A stretch of DNA of 64,000 nt from Blasia pusilla (taxonomy: Eukaryota). The position numbers were made by a program, and so were the translations under genes. Position 1 is the stretch's first letter. Each line of letters begins with the position of its first letter. Under the pieces are notes generated by a model. The model was not told the DNA's origin. It saw only the letters and a list, made by a program, of their open reading frames with translations, and ran no database searches. Positions 13,585-27,109 of the stretch are shown here, piece by piece. The stretch covers positions 49,786,001 to 49,850,000 of the forward strand of contig CM114271.1 in assembly GCA_050084515.1 (NCBI GenBank). The letters are read 5' to 3'.

Positions 13585-15661
13585 TTGTACTAGTTAGGAT
13601 GATGCATGGTCTACTCCATGGTCCGAACCCCCTTACTTGAATGCCCCCCTCTCCTACCCCTATCACATGTCACCATCTTAAAATCTAACATGGTCTTAAA
13701 ACCGCTCCTCTTTAATTTATTTATTATAGGATAGTGTCTTTGCAAACACCTATATGTTTGACACGTGACAAATGGGAAAAAAATTGTTTCACATACTACG
13801 GGCAGAAAAATAAATAAATTTATATAAAACATTATTAATCTCTTCCTTACACAAATTATACATTAGTTTTCAAACACTTTTTTATTTTCTTTATTTTTTA
13901 TTTTCTTTCTATATTATGGGAGGAGCCTTCTTGATTTATAAACACTTATAAAATGAAAATTAATTTCTTTCCCTTCACGTAGTATACATATAAAATAAAC
14001 TGTTTTAAAACCGGGCATACCATAAAAAATTATAAAAAAAATAATTTTCATACGCACGGGCATGCGTAGCATAACTTTCGGGTATCGACGGCAGGTTTCA
14101 AAGGCAGTGAGTGAGCCTGTCGAACATTTGATGACTGTTAAGGGAGCCTCTGCATCTCACCTCTGCAACCACCCGCCGATTCTCTCAAGGAATCGCAGCT
14201 GACAGATGGGGTGTTTACATCTCAAGATTCCCACGTCAAATGAGCGCCGCTCAAATCAAACCCGCCCCCCCCCGACGGCATGATCTGAAAGTCAGTTCAG
14301 ACAATTTTGTGGAGAGGTAGGGTGCGATGTTACACAAAATCATAAGAGAAGATAGAACATACCGCGAAGTATGTCAGATCCGGGTCAGTGAAGCTTAGGC
14401 GAGCTTGTCAATAAGAAAGGATTCAAGCTTAAAAACCGCTTCTACCAACGGAAAGGTTCCCGGTGAAGTGAGAATCAGAAGGCCACCAGTTAAGTGGAAT
14501 CGGAAATTGGATAAGACAGGCCTGCTTTCTGATCGGCGATGGCTTACAATCATGTCGACGACTTACCATGTGAGGGAGACAGCCAAGAAACGAATCGATT
14601 GCTGCGGGGCTTCCGAATCTGGAAGTGAGCGTACGACGCTCGGCCGGGGCGCAGATCGCTCTATAATGCGATCGGTAGAACGTGCACGCACGGCACTCGT
14701 CCATCACACGGGTCGACGAGGATGATCGCCGTCCATCACACAAAGGATGATGGATCCGGAAACCCGGCCAGATCGAGGTAATTGGATTCCCTCGAAACAT
14801 GTAACGAGATCAATCAATCAATTACGTACCAGGAAACGACGTCTCGGGGGCTGCATCCGTCGTATATAAATATGAATATGAATGTGGATATTAATAAATA
14901 AAGAAATGAATAAACTTCTGATGCCGCCCCACTCACGACAGGCACGTCTCACGATTCGGAATGCGTGAAAACCCTTTCCGTAGGACCTCCGGTGCTAACT
15001 CCCGCTCAATTCACGGCCAACATAGTTTTGGAGTTTTACTGCTACAGATGGGTGGATTCCGGATCCTCTCCAGCGGAGACTACACTTGGCGGTCCGAGGA
15101 TTGCGACCTGCTTCCGTCAGATCTGTTGAAAACTTTCTTGTTGGAGCGTTCCAGGGAGGATGGAGTAGTTCGCTCTGCACACATTGGTAGAGTTCAAGGT
15201 TTTTCCACAGAAAACCAGAGCGCAGAAGGTCGAGGGTGCTTGAATCTGGTGGAGAATTGAGCGCTGAGCGTTGGTCCATGGAAGCTTGATCGAAATAGAG
15301 CGATATAGAGTCTGGCAGGGTCGCGTCCCAGTCGATCGCAGGATTGGTGCGTTGGAGAATCGTGTGAGGCGAGCTCCATCATTATACCGCAGCTTTGTCC
15401 CAGGCGCAGCGATCCGGTAGTCTGCCGGTGCAATTTCGGAAGGCTGTGAGTTTCAGTCACTCCCTCACAGATGGAAAATCAGTCTTTTGTCTTATGACGG
15501 AGTTTCAACAGCGGCAGGATTTCGGGATACATGCCCTTGGTTGACTAGATCGTTCATCGCCAATAAGCAATTTCGGATGTTAGATTTGAGAGCAGGTTGT
15601 CAATATAGACTTGTCCGGCAAGTTTCACTGGCGAGAGCGAGAGGGAAGAAGAGCAGGACGG

Positions 15662-16450
15662 ATGGGAGATGACAAGACGGCCATCTCCATGGGGCCGAGG
15701 GGCGTAGGAGACAGAGAGCTTTTGATGCAGAGTCATGTGGAGGATCCTGTCAAATCCGGGCCTTCTCATCAGCCTTCCAGCTATCACGCGGGGCGGGAGG
15801 CATTCTACGCCGTGTTGCAGAGCTGGGCATCGAAGAAGTTCATGAGCGGCTGCGTGATCTTGTTCCCGTTAGCCATCACATTCTACACGACATGGTGGTT
15901 TATTGCTTTCTTTGACGGGTTCTTCAGACCGGTGTATAAGGCGATGGGCGTGCATGTCTTTGGTGTTGGATTTGTCACCTCCATCGTCTTCATTTTGCTG
16001 GTGGGCGTGTTTGTCTCTTCGTGGACTGGATCGACCGTGCTATGGCTGGGAGAGTGGTTCATTAAACGCATGCCTTTGGTGAAGCATATCTACTCTGCTT
16101 CAAAGCAAATCAGTGCAGCCATTTCTCCAGATCAGAACACGCAGGCTTTCAAGGAGGTGGCGATCATCAGACACCCTCGAGTGGGCGAGTATGCCATCGG
16201 ATTCATCACATCGACTCTCGTCCTGCAGAGTGAAACCGGAGGTGACGAAGAATTGTGCAGCGTGTACGTGCCCACCAACCATCTCTACATTGGTGACATT
16301 TATATGGTGAGCTCCCGGGAGGTCATCAGACCCAATCTGTCTGTACGAGAGGGGATCGAGATCATCGTTTCTGGGGGAATGTCCATGCCTCAAGTCATAT
16401 CGCCTGTGACTGGAGGTGACAGGCGGGGAGTGTCAAGTGACAGATCTTAG
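15662..16450 (+). CDS. COV1: COV1/LIKE-COV (DUF502) membrane protein, intronless CDS, 262 aa
   Basis: GREAFYAVLQSWASKKFMSGCVILFPLAITFYTTWWF...GEWFIKRMPLVKHIYSASKQISAAISPDQNTQAFKEVAIIRHPRVGEYAIGFITS...VYVPTNHLYIGDI...RPNLSVREGIEIIVSGGMSMPQ matches plant COV1/LCV. First in-frame ATG is at 15662. Confidence 0.93.
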   Translation: MGDDKTAISMGPRGVGDRELLMQSHVEDPVKSGPSHQPSSYHAGREAFYAVLQSWASKKFMSGCVILFPLAITFYTTWWFIAFFDGFFRPVYKAMGVHVFGVGFVTSIVFILLVGVFVSSWTGSTVLWLGEWFIKRMPLVKHIYSASKQISAAISPDQNTQAFKEVAIIRHPRVGEYAIGFITSTLVLQSETGGDEELCSVYVPTNHLYIGDIYMVSSREVIRPNLSVREGIEIIVSGGMSMPQVISPVTGGDRRGVSSDRS

Positions 16451-19400
16451 ATCGATCTCCATGTTTTAGACAATCTTTCCCAATTTATGGAGGACACATA
16501 CTGGTTTCGTTTTCAAAACCTTATTGATCGGAGCTCTGATGAAACAGAGCCACTTCCGGTCCTCGCTACGTTTGCTGTCAAGTTTTCCAAGTAGCCAATT
16601 CTCTCATTAGTTTTGAATCGTGCGTGGATGTTATTCAGCGGTTCTGGATCTCTTCTTATGAGGAACTGACGGTAAAATGCGTTGACCCTTCCATTCTCTC
16701 GTGAGTACTTCTCAATTTGTTGTTTTCATGGGATGGTGCTATCCACCGATTGCACTACCCGGGAGATGTAACCACGCGTTAGGGTAGCAAAAGCAGCCTC
16801 AGCCATGGTTTCTTTCGCTGGGTCTGATGAATCTTGGAAAGCATGACATGACATGGTGTTGAACCGACATCAATTAAGAGTATAGTCCCTTTTATACGCT
16901 CAGCACAGACGGCGCCAGTTGATCTTACGAAACAGAGGCAGCTCCATTTCCGACTTCCTTCCCCATCCCATGAACTGAATGATCCTACTCTGTCTTCCTG
17001 GGATAATGTTGTGTAAGAGTATCCATGCATTGGTGATGCAGGAAGCATCACAACTCATTCGTAATCCGTATTCCCTTCTGAATCATGCTTCCATCAAATG
17101 TTCGGACTTCCTTCCGTCAGTATCTAGTTTAAAAATCCTGCACACTCGGAATACATGGGAAGGTCTTACGAAAATTTCGTCAATTCCAAGAAAATTCTCT
17201 CTGTACGTGTCCGTCTGTCGATCATATCCCGAAGAGAGTGTGCATGGGAGGGCACTTTTCTCTAACCCTAGGTCGGATGTCCTCTGGGTATAGGCCGACC
17301 TCATTACAACTTATAAGCCATGTTCGTAGGCTCTCCCAAGCAACGAAGTTCTAGCTTGAGACTGGATGCAAACCATGGCTGCCGACCTTTTTGATTCAGC
17401 TGACGACGCCTTCTCAATGTATGCTCACTATCACATCGTGCTCTACGGACTGCAGCTCCTGTTAAGAGAAGAGGAGTAGCGAATATAGGCGGGAGCTCGA
17501 GAAGAGTGCGTGGCTCAGTTTGTAGCACATGTAGGACACGCATTTCATGGAGGATTTCCACCACCCACTTACACCTCACTCTTTCTAGCCATCGTTGAGA
17601 TTGTGAATAGCTACGAACTTCGAGTTTGCGCTGGAGTTGTGCAGCCGATTATTGCGGGCCACCTTCTGAGTGGATCAAATTAAGATCATAGTCCGCTGCT
17701 AAACGATCCCATGAAGATTTCTTCCATTCAATTCCGAATTCGACTTCGAGTACTTCGAATCCTCGTGTGACAGGATGATGACGAGTTCTAATCCCAGAGA
17801 GAAATCTGGGGCCGGAAAATTGCTGCATTTTTTCAAATTCTTAAAATTGTAAAATGCGGTGAATAATTTGATAGTTTGAATTAGATTCTAGTAGAATCTC
17901 ATTAGCCCCTGCGATATGAACCCGATATGGACTTCGGCCTCCTTAATTCCCTCCTAGCATGCATATAATGTGTATGCCAAGATAATATATAGATAAAGAC
18001 TAGGGACTAATGATCTCCACACAAATTAAATTTTGTTTACATTGTTTGTAAATATTTTTTCTCTTCCCTCTTCCATGCCTAAACATATCTTCCATGTCTC
18101 AAACATATAAGTGTTTGCAAATAAGAAGGCATTCTTTCATAATAATATAGACAAATAAATGTATCCGAAGGACATACAATACCCATGTTGAGCTCTTAAT
18201 TTTGAGACGCTTCTCCGCCACTCCTTTAAAACAAAAAAATTGTGTGTAGCATGGGCTTTTCAAAATCATGTCATATTTATATGCTATTACATGTTGCCTT
18301 TTTTTTTAATTCTTGCCTTTGCCCGTCCTATCTCCATGTTGGAATATCTAGTTGCTGCATGTGTCCACGTGTTCTAGAATGCGACGGACTACATTTCAAC
18401 GTGTGTGTGGACCTTGCCTTCATATCCCTTGTGCGAGTTTGTTTGTTGTCTTGAGTCTGTGGTGTGGTGTGTAGTGCCACTCTATGTTGCAATCGTGCCA
18501 CCGTCTCCTTTTGGATGTTGCGGTATTCTCTTTAGTTGTATAATTTCATTACCATTTGATTCTTATATAAACTTGTATATAAATTCTCTTGGTAGTGCTG
18601 ATGTGTGTTAATTCTTGTTCCACTCCATTCATAATTTTCATGCAAATATTTTGGATGGCCATAAATTGTAATATTTTCATGTGATTTTGAAACATACACT
18701 AAAAAATGCAAATACAAGTGTGTAAAAATATTTTATGCTTCCCGAGTGATGTATTGGGTTGGCTGAAATTAACTCATAAATATGAAATTCCAACAAGGAA
18801 AAAGATTGCTTCAACCATTTTCCAATAGACTTTTTTGGTGAATTTTTTTGGTAAATGTGTATGGTAAGTTTTTTTTTATAAGAGTCTTTTAGGCAGCAAA
18901 ATGTGATCTAATAGTTCTTCCATTTGGATTACTTCATAGAGACATTTATAGGAGGAATTTTTTGACAATTGGAATATGATATAAAAAATCCACTCTCATA
19001 AATTCTTGACTATAAATTTCTAGATTTTTTTTTCAGAAAAAAATCTGATTTAAATTTATGTAAATATACTTGTTAGAGCTTTAGACTTGCATTCATGATT
19101 ATATTTCCTATATTTGCCAATATTATAGAGTTAAACACGTGATACTAGTAATTCTAACTAACCAAATATCAAGACGAGTCTTTATGGCCCCTACAGACCC
19201 TATCCATTTTTTTCCTCTCTGTCTAGGCTATCCACGTGTCCTTCACACGTGTTCACTATTTAGTTTCTCTCTCACCTGTCTCAAAGGGTTGTAGATAGTC
19301 ATATGACTTGTACTTATTGGTTTTTTTTTTTCCTTTGGAATGCACTTACCAAAGGAAATTTCTACGGCCCTTTGGAGAAGCCCATTCATTTTCATCCCGT

Positions 19401-20180
19401 TGGAGAGAGGGAGAGATTCATTGACTGAGGGATCTCATCCAACTTTGTATATCACCTCTATGTTCCTCTTTGGCAGTTTCGGAAGATGGAGGGTTTGTCA
19501 TAGTTTGTCTCTCACCTCTTTAAAGAATGTAAGTCCCTCCATATGCCTCCCATTGCCGTCCCAATTCGCATTTTCTACCCTTTCCATACCTCTATTCTTC
19601 GGAGGAAGCCCTTAATTGTTACAAAAATTGCCCCTTTCTCTCTTCCCCTTTATCATTAGAAATTAAAATAAATTTTTTTCTCATGAATTATGTAGTCCCT
19701 TTTTTCATATTGATCTATGTCTCACTTTCCCTTTCCTATAGAAAATTTAAACATTTGAGAAAACCCCAAAACTTATTAGACATTAGAAAATTTCTTATGA
19801 AATCTTTTCCCATTTTTCCCTGCCCCTACTTAAAATTAAACATTTTTTTTTCAAAACCTTTCATACTTCTTTATTTTTTCCATTGATGTAGATTTAATCC
19901 CAATTTTCTTTTTTCTAACTCTATATTATTGGAGAATGCTCCTCTAATTTTCCAACCTCTCATCTTGGAATCTCCAATAGAAAAGTTTGATCTTTCAATA
20001 TATGAAATCGCTCTTTCAATGACAATTTTTAGTTGTTAATTATTAGGGTTTAAAATAATTTATATTATTATTGGAGAGTTCATTTTTTATTTGCAAGCAC
20101 CTTTTTGTTTAACATGTGACAACCGGACTCCAAACATTAGAGTAGTTCTTTTGAATGCGAGAGAAATGCATTTAAAAAAA

Positions 20181-20970
20181 CTAGTATAATGCCCGTGCTT
20201 CGCGTGGTGAAAATCACATATGAGAAAGATATCTCCTTCATTAATTTACATTCAATATTTATGGTATGTAAATTTAGACACATGTCATAGGGAGGGAGGG
20301 ATCCTCAAACCCCATAGACTAGTATGTTTTCCGTGCATGCACGGGTAAGAATTCCCTTACTTTAATTATTACTTTAAATTAATTATTATCTTTAAATGAC
20401 ATCTTATCTAAAGAGAACAAATGTAGATCATAAGGATCCTTAAAAAGACAGGTGTCCATCATAAAAGACTCTTAAAAAGATAGGTGTCGATAAATACTCT
20501 GGTAGATTTGTAGCAAGGATCAGTGAGGGGCCGGGCTCATATGTATGGGCATGGAGGTCGCCAATTGCATGATTGTTGGTCTACAACGAACGCTAACATA
20601 GACCGGCCAACACACTCTGTACTCGGCTTCCATGTGAGGAAGAAGATCCACTAATCATCACAGTGAGATAGATCATCGATATCCGCCAATAAAATAAAAA
20701 GAGTTCACTAGCACCTCTAATTAAGTTAGTGTTGGACTTCTAGATTGTACCATCGAGCCAAGTGATCCACGATCAGCAAGCCCATGAAAAAGTGTTTAAA
20801 AGCTAGAGTATAGTCCGTGAAAGGAAAAGACGAATAATATTGCATATAAATTTTAAATTTTTTTATTGCTCGTAATATATGAATCATTTTCTTAATGCCC
20901 AATTACCATGTGTCTAACAAATAGGTGTTTACAAATCAAAAAAACATTTTCTTATAATAATAATATAAAT
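20181..20970 (-). mobile_element. Stacked non-autonomous Helitron 3' ends and mini-elements
   Basis: CTAG at 20181 followed by GCCCGTGCTTCGCGTGG; CTAG at 20319 followed by hairpin CCGTGC-AT-GCACGG (20331-20344); 20803-20970 is a copy of the repeat family also seen at ~9350-9490, 13720-13770 and 18090-18150. Confidence 0.55.
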
Positions 20971-22679
20971 ATAAAATTTCAATTATTAAATGTGCGCCAA
21001 TAATTGGAAATTTATATTATGGGAGATAACATATAACCAATTGAGGGAGGTGATGATGTTTTTCACACAAACTCAAATTTTATTTTTCCAATGACATGTG
21101 AAATATTTGTCAAACCAGAAAGTGTTTGCAAATAAAGAGCCTCCATTCCACCTCGCACTAGCTGATCGAAGTTCGAACAACCCAAGAGTCTGCACGCAGA
21201 GTCTGGCGAACGTGTTAGACAGTTTTACGGACGCGACGAAAGCAGAGAGAAACGGACTTTGTTCGCATCCCGAGCTTCCTGCCCAACATTCCGCCTATGG
21301 ACGGGATTTCTCACGTCGATCAGCTATGAGGGCGAAAACGACAACCCACGAGCTTCTGCGGGTCCATGTTAGTACTAATTCAGGTTCCCACGGGACAGTC
21401 CCGCCTGTAGAGATCAACTCAAACTATTCGACGATGCACCTCATTCACGTCGCGTTGGTTGACTGACACTATTCGGTGAATCCGCCTGCCGATGCGGTGT
21501 TCCTCCGAATGCGTCCTGAATCCGGATACCATAGAACAGGACGTGTTTTGACCTTCGAAAGGTACCATACCATGCAAGGTGTACGTACAAGGGAAGCCTA
21601 GGGAGGGAGAGTGTCTCCCCGATAGGTACTTCTGGGGCAAGGATCAGCGTTTAGGGTTCGAGAGATTAATCCGCCATCCCCGGGTGCGGGCCGCGGGAAT
21701 CCGGGCCCGAACGGCAGACATTCCCAGCACGACATAGCCGCAGTAACGGGACGTGGGGATCAGAAATTCGTGATCTCCGACTGAGTCAAACATCGTCATT
21801 CGGGTGCTGAAAATTACGAAAATCACAGCTTTGCGCAATGCGACAGCCAATTGCCGAGCGCAGAGTGGAACCTCCTGATGGACAGATGTTGACGGCGATG
21901 GCCTGCCTTCCAGCTCTTCATCTGGAAAGCCAAGCCGTGCCCTTCAAACCGCGAGTACTTTATTTATTGGGATAGTTGGGATAGGAGGGGGAGTCCGGGA
22001 GAGTACAGTAAGTAGCTAGCGCGACGTCGTTCATCTCCTTCGTTCCATGCACCGAATCTGCCGCAGTCATGCGCACACAGCTGGAAGGCTTATCCAGCGT
22101 ACCCTGGGCACAGGGAGTGGGGATCTGTTGGGAATCTGGGATGGTGAAGCTGAAGCTGTCAACTTGGGTACGTGGGCTCACCGAATTAGAAGAACCACCG
22201 GCTTCAGTGGGTCTGAACAGCTATGGTGTCTAGTTCCGTTAGCTGGAGGCGTGGGCTACGGAGTCCTTCCTTCCCCGAATTAAAAGGTGATTTACGGGTG
22301 GGACCAAAGATATTTTGTCTTCCGTTTAGAGCACATCTAACCGTAGGAAATTTTGAAAATCGACCGAAACTCGAAAGAGAAGCACTACACTACCCTCTCG
22401 AAACTTTCGCAACGCTTCCATTGACATCTTTTCTATCCTTCAACCTAAGGTCAAGGCCTGGACCAGGGAGGGTAGTGTCGTCCTTCTCTTTCGAGTTTCG
22501 GTCGATTTTTCAGGTTTCCCGTCAATTAGCTGTCTGTCGAAAATGGGTCTGCTCAGCTCTAGCGCTGCTATGGCCGTCCATACTCGTGTCAGACGCCAGA
22601 GGCGTTCCTGGAATTGAAATCGGCGATTTTGGATGCTGTGGACAGACTGGGCTCGTGGAAGAGCTCCGATTTTTTTTGT

Positions 22680-23670
22680 GAAAGGCGGAGAAGTGACTAA
22701 CCTCACTTTCTCAAGGACTGTCGGACACGACGACGAATGTGAAGAGAGCTGTCCAAGGTTGCAGAGCACTAGTCCAGGATCGAATCGCATCAGCACTACT
22801 CTCTCAAAGCTGTCCGCAATCCAGACTCTTAACTTGAGCCACATCAATCCCACCGGTTTGAGTGCATTGACCAGTCTGGAGCTCAGCGGTTCAATTCAGG
22901 AGTTGAGTGAGCTGAACTCACTCAACTCCTGTGCTTGAATCTTCGAGGAAACCTTACGAATGCTGGACTTCTTCGAGAATCTTGAAGTCCTCGATTTTGC
23001 CCAGAGCACATTTAGTCAATTTTAGTGAGAAAAGTGTGGGTGGACTAATTCTACCGTGTACCGGTGATCGTCTCAAGCTCCGGGAGTTTCTACCCGGAGC
23101 TTTGGTGAAATTGTGAAGTCGGTGAGAAGCTTGTTACGGATTCTCAAGCTCATAGGTTTGTAGGAAACGCATCGGCTTACTCAGGGCGAAGCCTTGTTTG
23201 CGAGGCTTGCGTTTATCGGAACATCGTTTTAATTGGTCAAGGACAGGTTGACATCTGTGCTCATCTTGAAGAGATCGATCAGGAGCGTCCTTTCCAATTG
23301 CACACAGATTGGAGTATGTTGGGATTTGGAACGGTGCTCACCCAATACATGATAATGAGGGTAGAGAGTTCATGATGGCTTACGGTAACCGTTCGAATGC
23401 TGCAGAGGTGAAGTACAAGTGCTTGACTGCAGTATGGTGACTCTCAACTTCTCAAGGCATACGCTGAAGGGAACAACTGATGGGGATTCACGTCATTGAT
23501 CTTAACATAAATGTGTTTTCTCGACAGATCCCAGCGACCACGGATCTGGAATACCTCATTGTGGCCGTGAATCAGTTATATGGCGTTCACATCAGGAACT
23601 GCAAAAATTTTCGCGGGAGTCTTTCGCTGGCAACCCAAAGCTCTGAGGTCTACCTCTCCAATGCCTGAGT
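22680..23670 (+). pseudogene. Heavily decayed leucine-rich-repeat receptor-like gene remnant
   Basis: Plant extracellular LRR-like fragments in broken frames: EVTNLTFS, LSKLSAIQTLNLSH, LSALTSLELSGSIQELSELNSLN, IHVIDLNINVFSRQIP, LEYLIVAVNQLYG. Many stops and frameshifts. Confidence 0.55.
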
Positions 23671-23846
23671 GTGAAAACTTTGGACCGACACGAATAAGTG
23701 GAAGGACCAATGAGTGATCGTCAGTTCTCCCCATCTGTTCCCCTTAATTTTTGTCCTATAACCGGATTTTGGTGTGCTTGGGATACGTTGAAACTGTGAC
23801 AGTTGCAAGTCCGCACTTTGAAATACATTGCTGAACTCACAGCGCA

Positions 23847-23913
23847 TAGTGTGAGGGTGAAGAAAGTTGAAAGTTCATAGTGTCAGCTATGAACTTTCTT
23901 CACCCTGACACTA
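23847..23913. repeat. Near-perfect inverted repeat (hairpin)
   Basis: tagtgtgagggtgaagaaagtt pairs with aactttcttcaccctgacacta (1 mismatch); inner stem gaaagttcatag/ctatgaactttc with 6-nt loop. Confidence 0.85.
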
Positions 23914-26122
23914 CGAACTTCCAGCGAAAAATACTGATACTGAAAGGTCTTAGTTCAGCGACGTGCACTGTCACCATAGTATGAGAAAATATGGGGTTTT
24001 TCTAAGGTACCTCAAATGTCTGTCGTGAGTTTTTCATGTCATGTATTTCGAAATAAAGGGCACAAAGCTCCTAAGTTCAATCCTTGCCATAGCAAGCCAT
24101 AGTTGGATTGGAAAGAAAACTTCACCGGTTCACCTTTCGGCGCGTATTCGCCTACACTCATTATCAAAGTCTACGCTGAGAAGTCATGAGCAATGCCTGC
24201 CGAAGAAGGTTCAGCGGCGTTTCGTCCACTTCCAATTCATACTCTACTGTTTCCGAGTTTGTAGGAAGGAGATTAGCATAGTTTTAATCAAATTGTATTG
24301 AAGTAAATCGTACTCTACGAAAGTCGCTGACTCTACTCTATGCACAGATGTGAGCGGGAGAGAAACCGCGACACCTTTTCATCGAGCAACATCGATACGT
24401 TGCTTAAAATGCTCAAGACACCGACTTCACAATTTGAAAAACTGACGACAGCAAGGGAGCGAACATAGGCACTGGGTAGATCGCCTCACCAGGTCCTGCA
24501 GTCATAGTTCCGTGTGAAAGTCCACTGCACTAAAAGGTTCGAGTCTCCCTACCTTGTTGGAGCAGTTCCCACAGCCGTCCACCACTGCCTCGTCGGCCGT
24601 CGGTCCGTCCCCGCCCGTCCTGAAGTCACTCCGGTCTGTCGTCACGCAGACACCTTGAGCAAGCCGCCACGAGTTCCTTGTTCGTCGAACTTCGTCCATC
24701 CAGCACACACTCATCGGTTCGAATGACTAGACGAAGTACACTCACTACGCGCAAACCCGCGCAAACGCAGCAAGCTCCGTAACCCTTTGCTGCCGCTGGC
24801 TTTCTGACGGTGCCCGATGACTTTCGTCTCGTCCGGGGAAGCGAGACAGTAGATGTTCACTCCTTTGAAAGGGTCGTACTCCGCCGCGTTTGCGCAAACC
24901 CGCGCAAACGCAGCAAGCTCCGCCGCCGAAAAGTGGACTTAGCTCATATGGTTCCCTCGCTCCCCCGGGAGATCGAATCGAATCGAAAGGAGAATTCGAT
25001 GGCGAATCGTGAAGGGATCATGGCGTTCGCAGCAAAATTCTCGCATCTGTCTGCGGTTAAGTCCACTTTTCACTCTCAGCACGCTGAGAGTGAAAGAAGT
25101 CTCTGTCTACGGGGACATCGCATGAACCGACCCGCGGTTACAAAAGTTAAGTTAAAAAAGAGGAAGAGACTTAACTAAGGGGAGAGTAACATGAAATTTT
25201 TTTATAATAAATTCATGTAGATATAAATAAAATATGGAATACATATTAAATATGCTACGCTATAAATATATTTGTGTGCATTCATATATATTAATCATAA
25301 GTATTTTTATTATTTTAAAAATTATTTAAAGTGAAAATTTGTGTTTATTTGCTGCCATTTTCTTTCACATTTTTGTGTTTATGTCTCCTTCTTGATTGTT
25401 GCGGCCTTTCTTTATGCATTTAATTTCTTTTTTGAATAAAATGGATCTTTCTATAAATTTTTATTCATAATGACTTAAATTCACTCACCAAAATGAATAG
25501 GCATTTGCGTCCTATCTCCACATTCTTTGGTTCATACATGAATAGGTCTTGGACTAGCAAACCAAAAGATATTTATGTGATGTAAAGCCGAGTATAATCT
25601 TGTATGATGATTGCATTTGTATTGTAAAGTCCCACCTCTACTTTACTTAGCTTCAACTCGAAGCACTCTTGATCTTGAGCATTGCAGAGCGAAAGACTTA
25701 GATTGGATGCCAAGACTCAATTGATTGTGCATTCCATAGATAGCTAAGAAGTCTCCAAGTGCTAACCGAAACGAGTCTCCCCAAGTGTATACGGTCTCCC
25801 TATGAAGCCTCTTGTCCAAACCTCGACCAATTTCCCCAAGTTGCTTACCTTTATCGGAGCGCATCGTATAAATCCTTAAGATGTGTCCTCTAGCTGGAAC
25901 TTGAAACATGGCCAAACACGCATCATAGTTTGGTTCTAGTTCAAAGACTTGAGCGGATAGAGCTAGAGGGAGAGTATTCCCCCTACATATACTTTTGGGG
26001 TTTTTTAGGGAACCCCACCTTTCCCATTGTTTTTCTCTGACCGTAGATTTTGGTCCTCAACCCAAACGTGGTTTACGACTCGTTGACCGATATTTGACTA
26101 GTTATTTATTAAGATGGCTTGG

Positions 26123-27063
26123 CAAGATTGCACATGGAAAAAGTTCGTGTCCGCTGACTTTCCCATATCCGTGGACTTACATCCATCCTATAGAAGGACC
26201 TTCCCTTTCTTCCTCATCCCCCTACTTCATGGTTGTATGGACATGGACATATGCGGACATGCCCAACTAGTCCTACGCCTGAGTTTTTTGGTATTTGAGT
26301 GGCCCGCGCAAGCTAGGGACACGAAAATGGGTGTGGGCTTAGATTAAGGGAGGCGGGCAGGGATTGGCCCATACGTAGCCCGCATTTGCCCGTCCTACGC
26401 GGGCCAAAGCAGGCTTAGGGCAGCCGATGTGGACTACAAAACAAGCCATGAGTGTTTAGAATGGGTGTGGGTTGGCCGAGCCCAAGTGCATGTTGCGCAA
26501 GGTTGCACGGAAACGGAAGAGTCCATACATGCCCAACGGATCTGTAGCCTGCATCCAAGCCGGTGCCTGAGCCCACCGTGCCCGTAACGTAGACTCGGGC
26601 TGGCCAAGAGCGCACCCATTTTGTAGCCCACATAAGGCCCGTGCGCGGCCTAAAGGGCGGAATGGCCCCCCATTGGGCGGGCTTAGGCCCGCGGCTGAGC
26701 CCTCACAAGGGCCCTCATGGCAAGGTCAAGCCCACGTAGGGAGTGCTCAAGGCTCTCGCGATCTCATGCCACAGGCTGCACGTTGGCTAAAAATTGGGTG
26801 CGGGCTCGGCCAGCCTACATCTATAGTACAAGTTCAAGGGCGGACTTAGGTGTGGGAATATATCGGGTACCGAGGCCCGCACGGACATGTCTGTCCTATG
26901 GACGGATACAGTCCATGTGCAACCTTGATGTTGTGGGTGGAGCGGGCTCGAGTGTGGGCTGCGAGTACCTGCGTCCACATATACATAACCGTCCTTGAGA
27001 TGGACATAAGTATGTGGACATAGACATGTCCACGGATACGGAATTTGTCCGTGTGCAACCTTA
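26123..27063. mobile_element. Nested MITE-like elements with (C/T)AAGGTTGCAC-type terminal inverted repeats
   Basis: Outer pair caagattgcacatggaaaaagttcgtgtccg (26123) and cggatacggaatttgtccgtgtgcaacctta (to 27063); inner pair caaggttgcacgga (~26498) and tccatgtgcaaccttg (to ~26927). Related ends at ~10843 and ~35686. No target-site duplication recognised. Confidence 0.5.
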
Positions 27064-27109
27064 CTCTACTTGACTCCATGTTAAGCACTTTCCAGTTTCT
27101 CTCTTCCTC

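Noticed and set aside
16780-17800. Several short minus-strand ORFs after COV1
   Set aside because: No recognisable domain and the frames do not join.
21098-22680. GC-richer region with overlapping ORFs of 70-150 aa on both strands
   Set aside because: No motif recognised; could be promoter, UTR or decayed gene.
24748-24922. Two copies of cgcaaacccgcgcaaacgcagcaagctccg about 143 bp apart
   Set aside because: Only two copies; a simple local duplication, not an array.
25581-25987. Possible solo LTR (TGTA...TACA)
   Set aside because: No matching target-site duplication and no second copy in the window.
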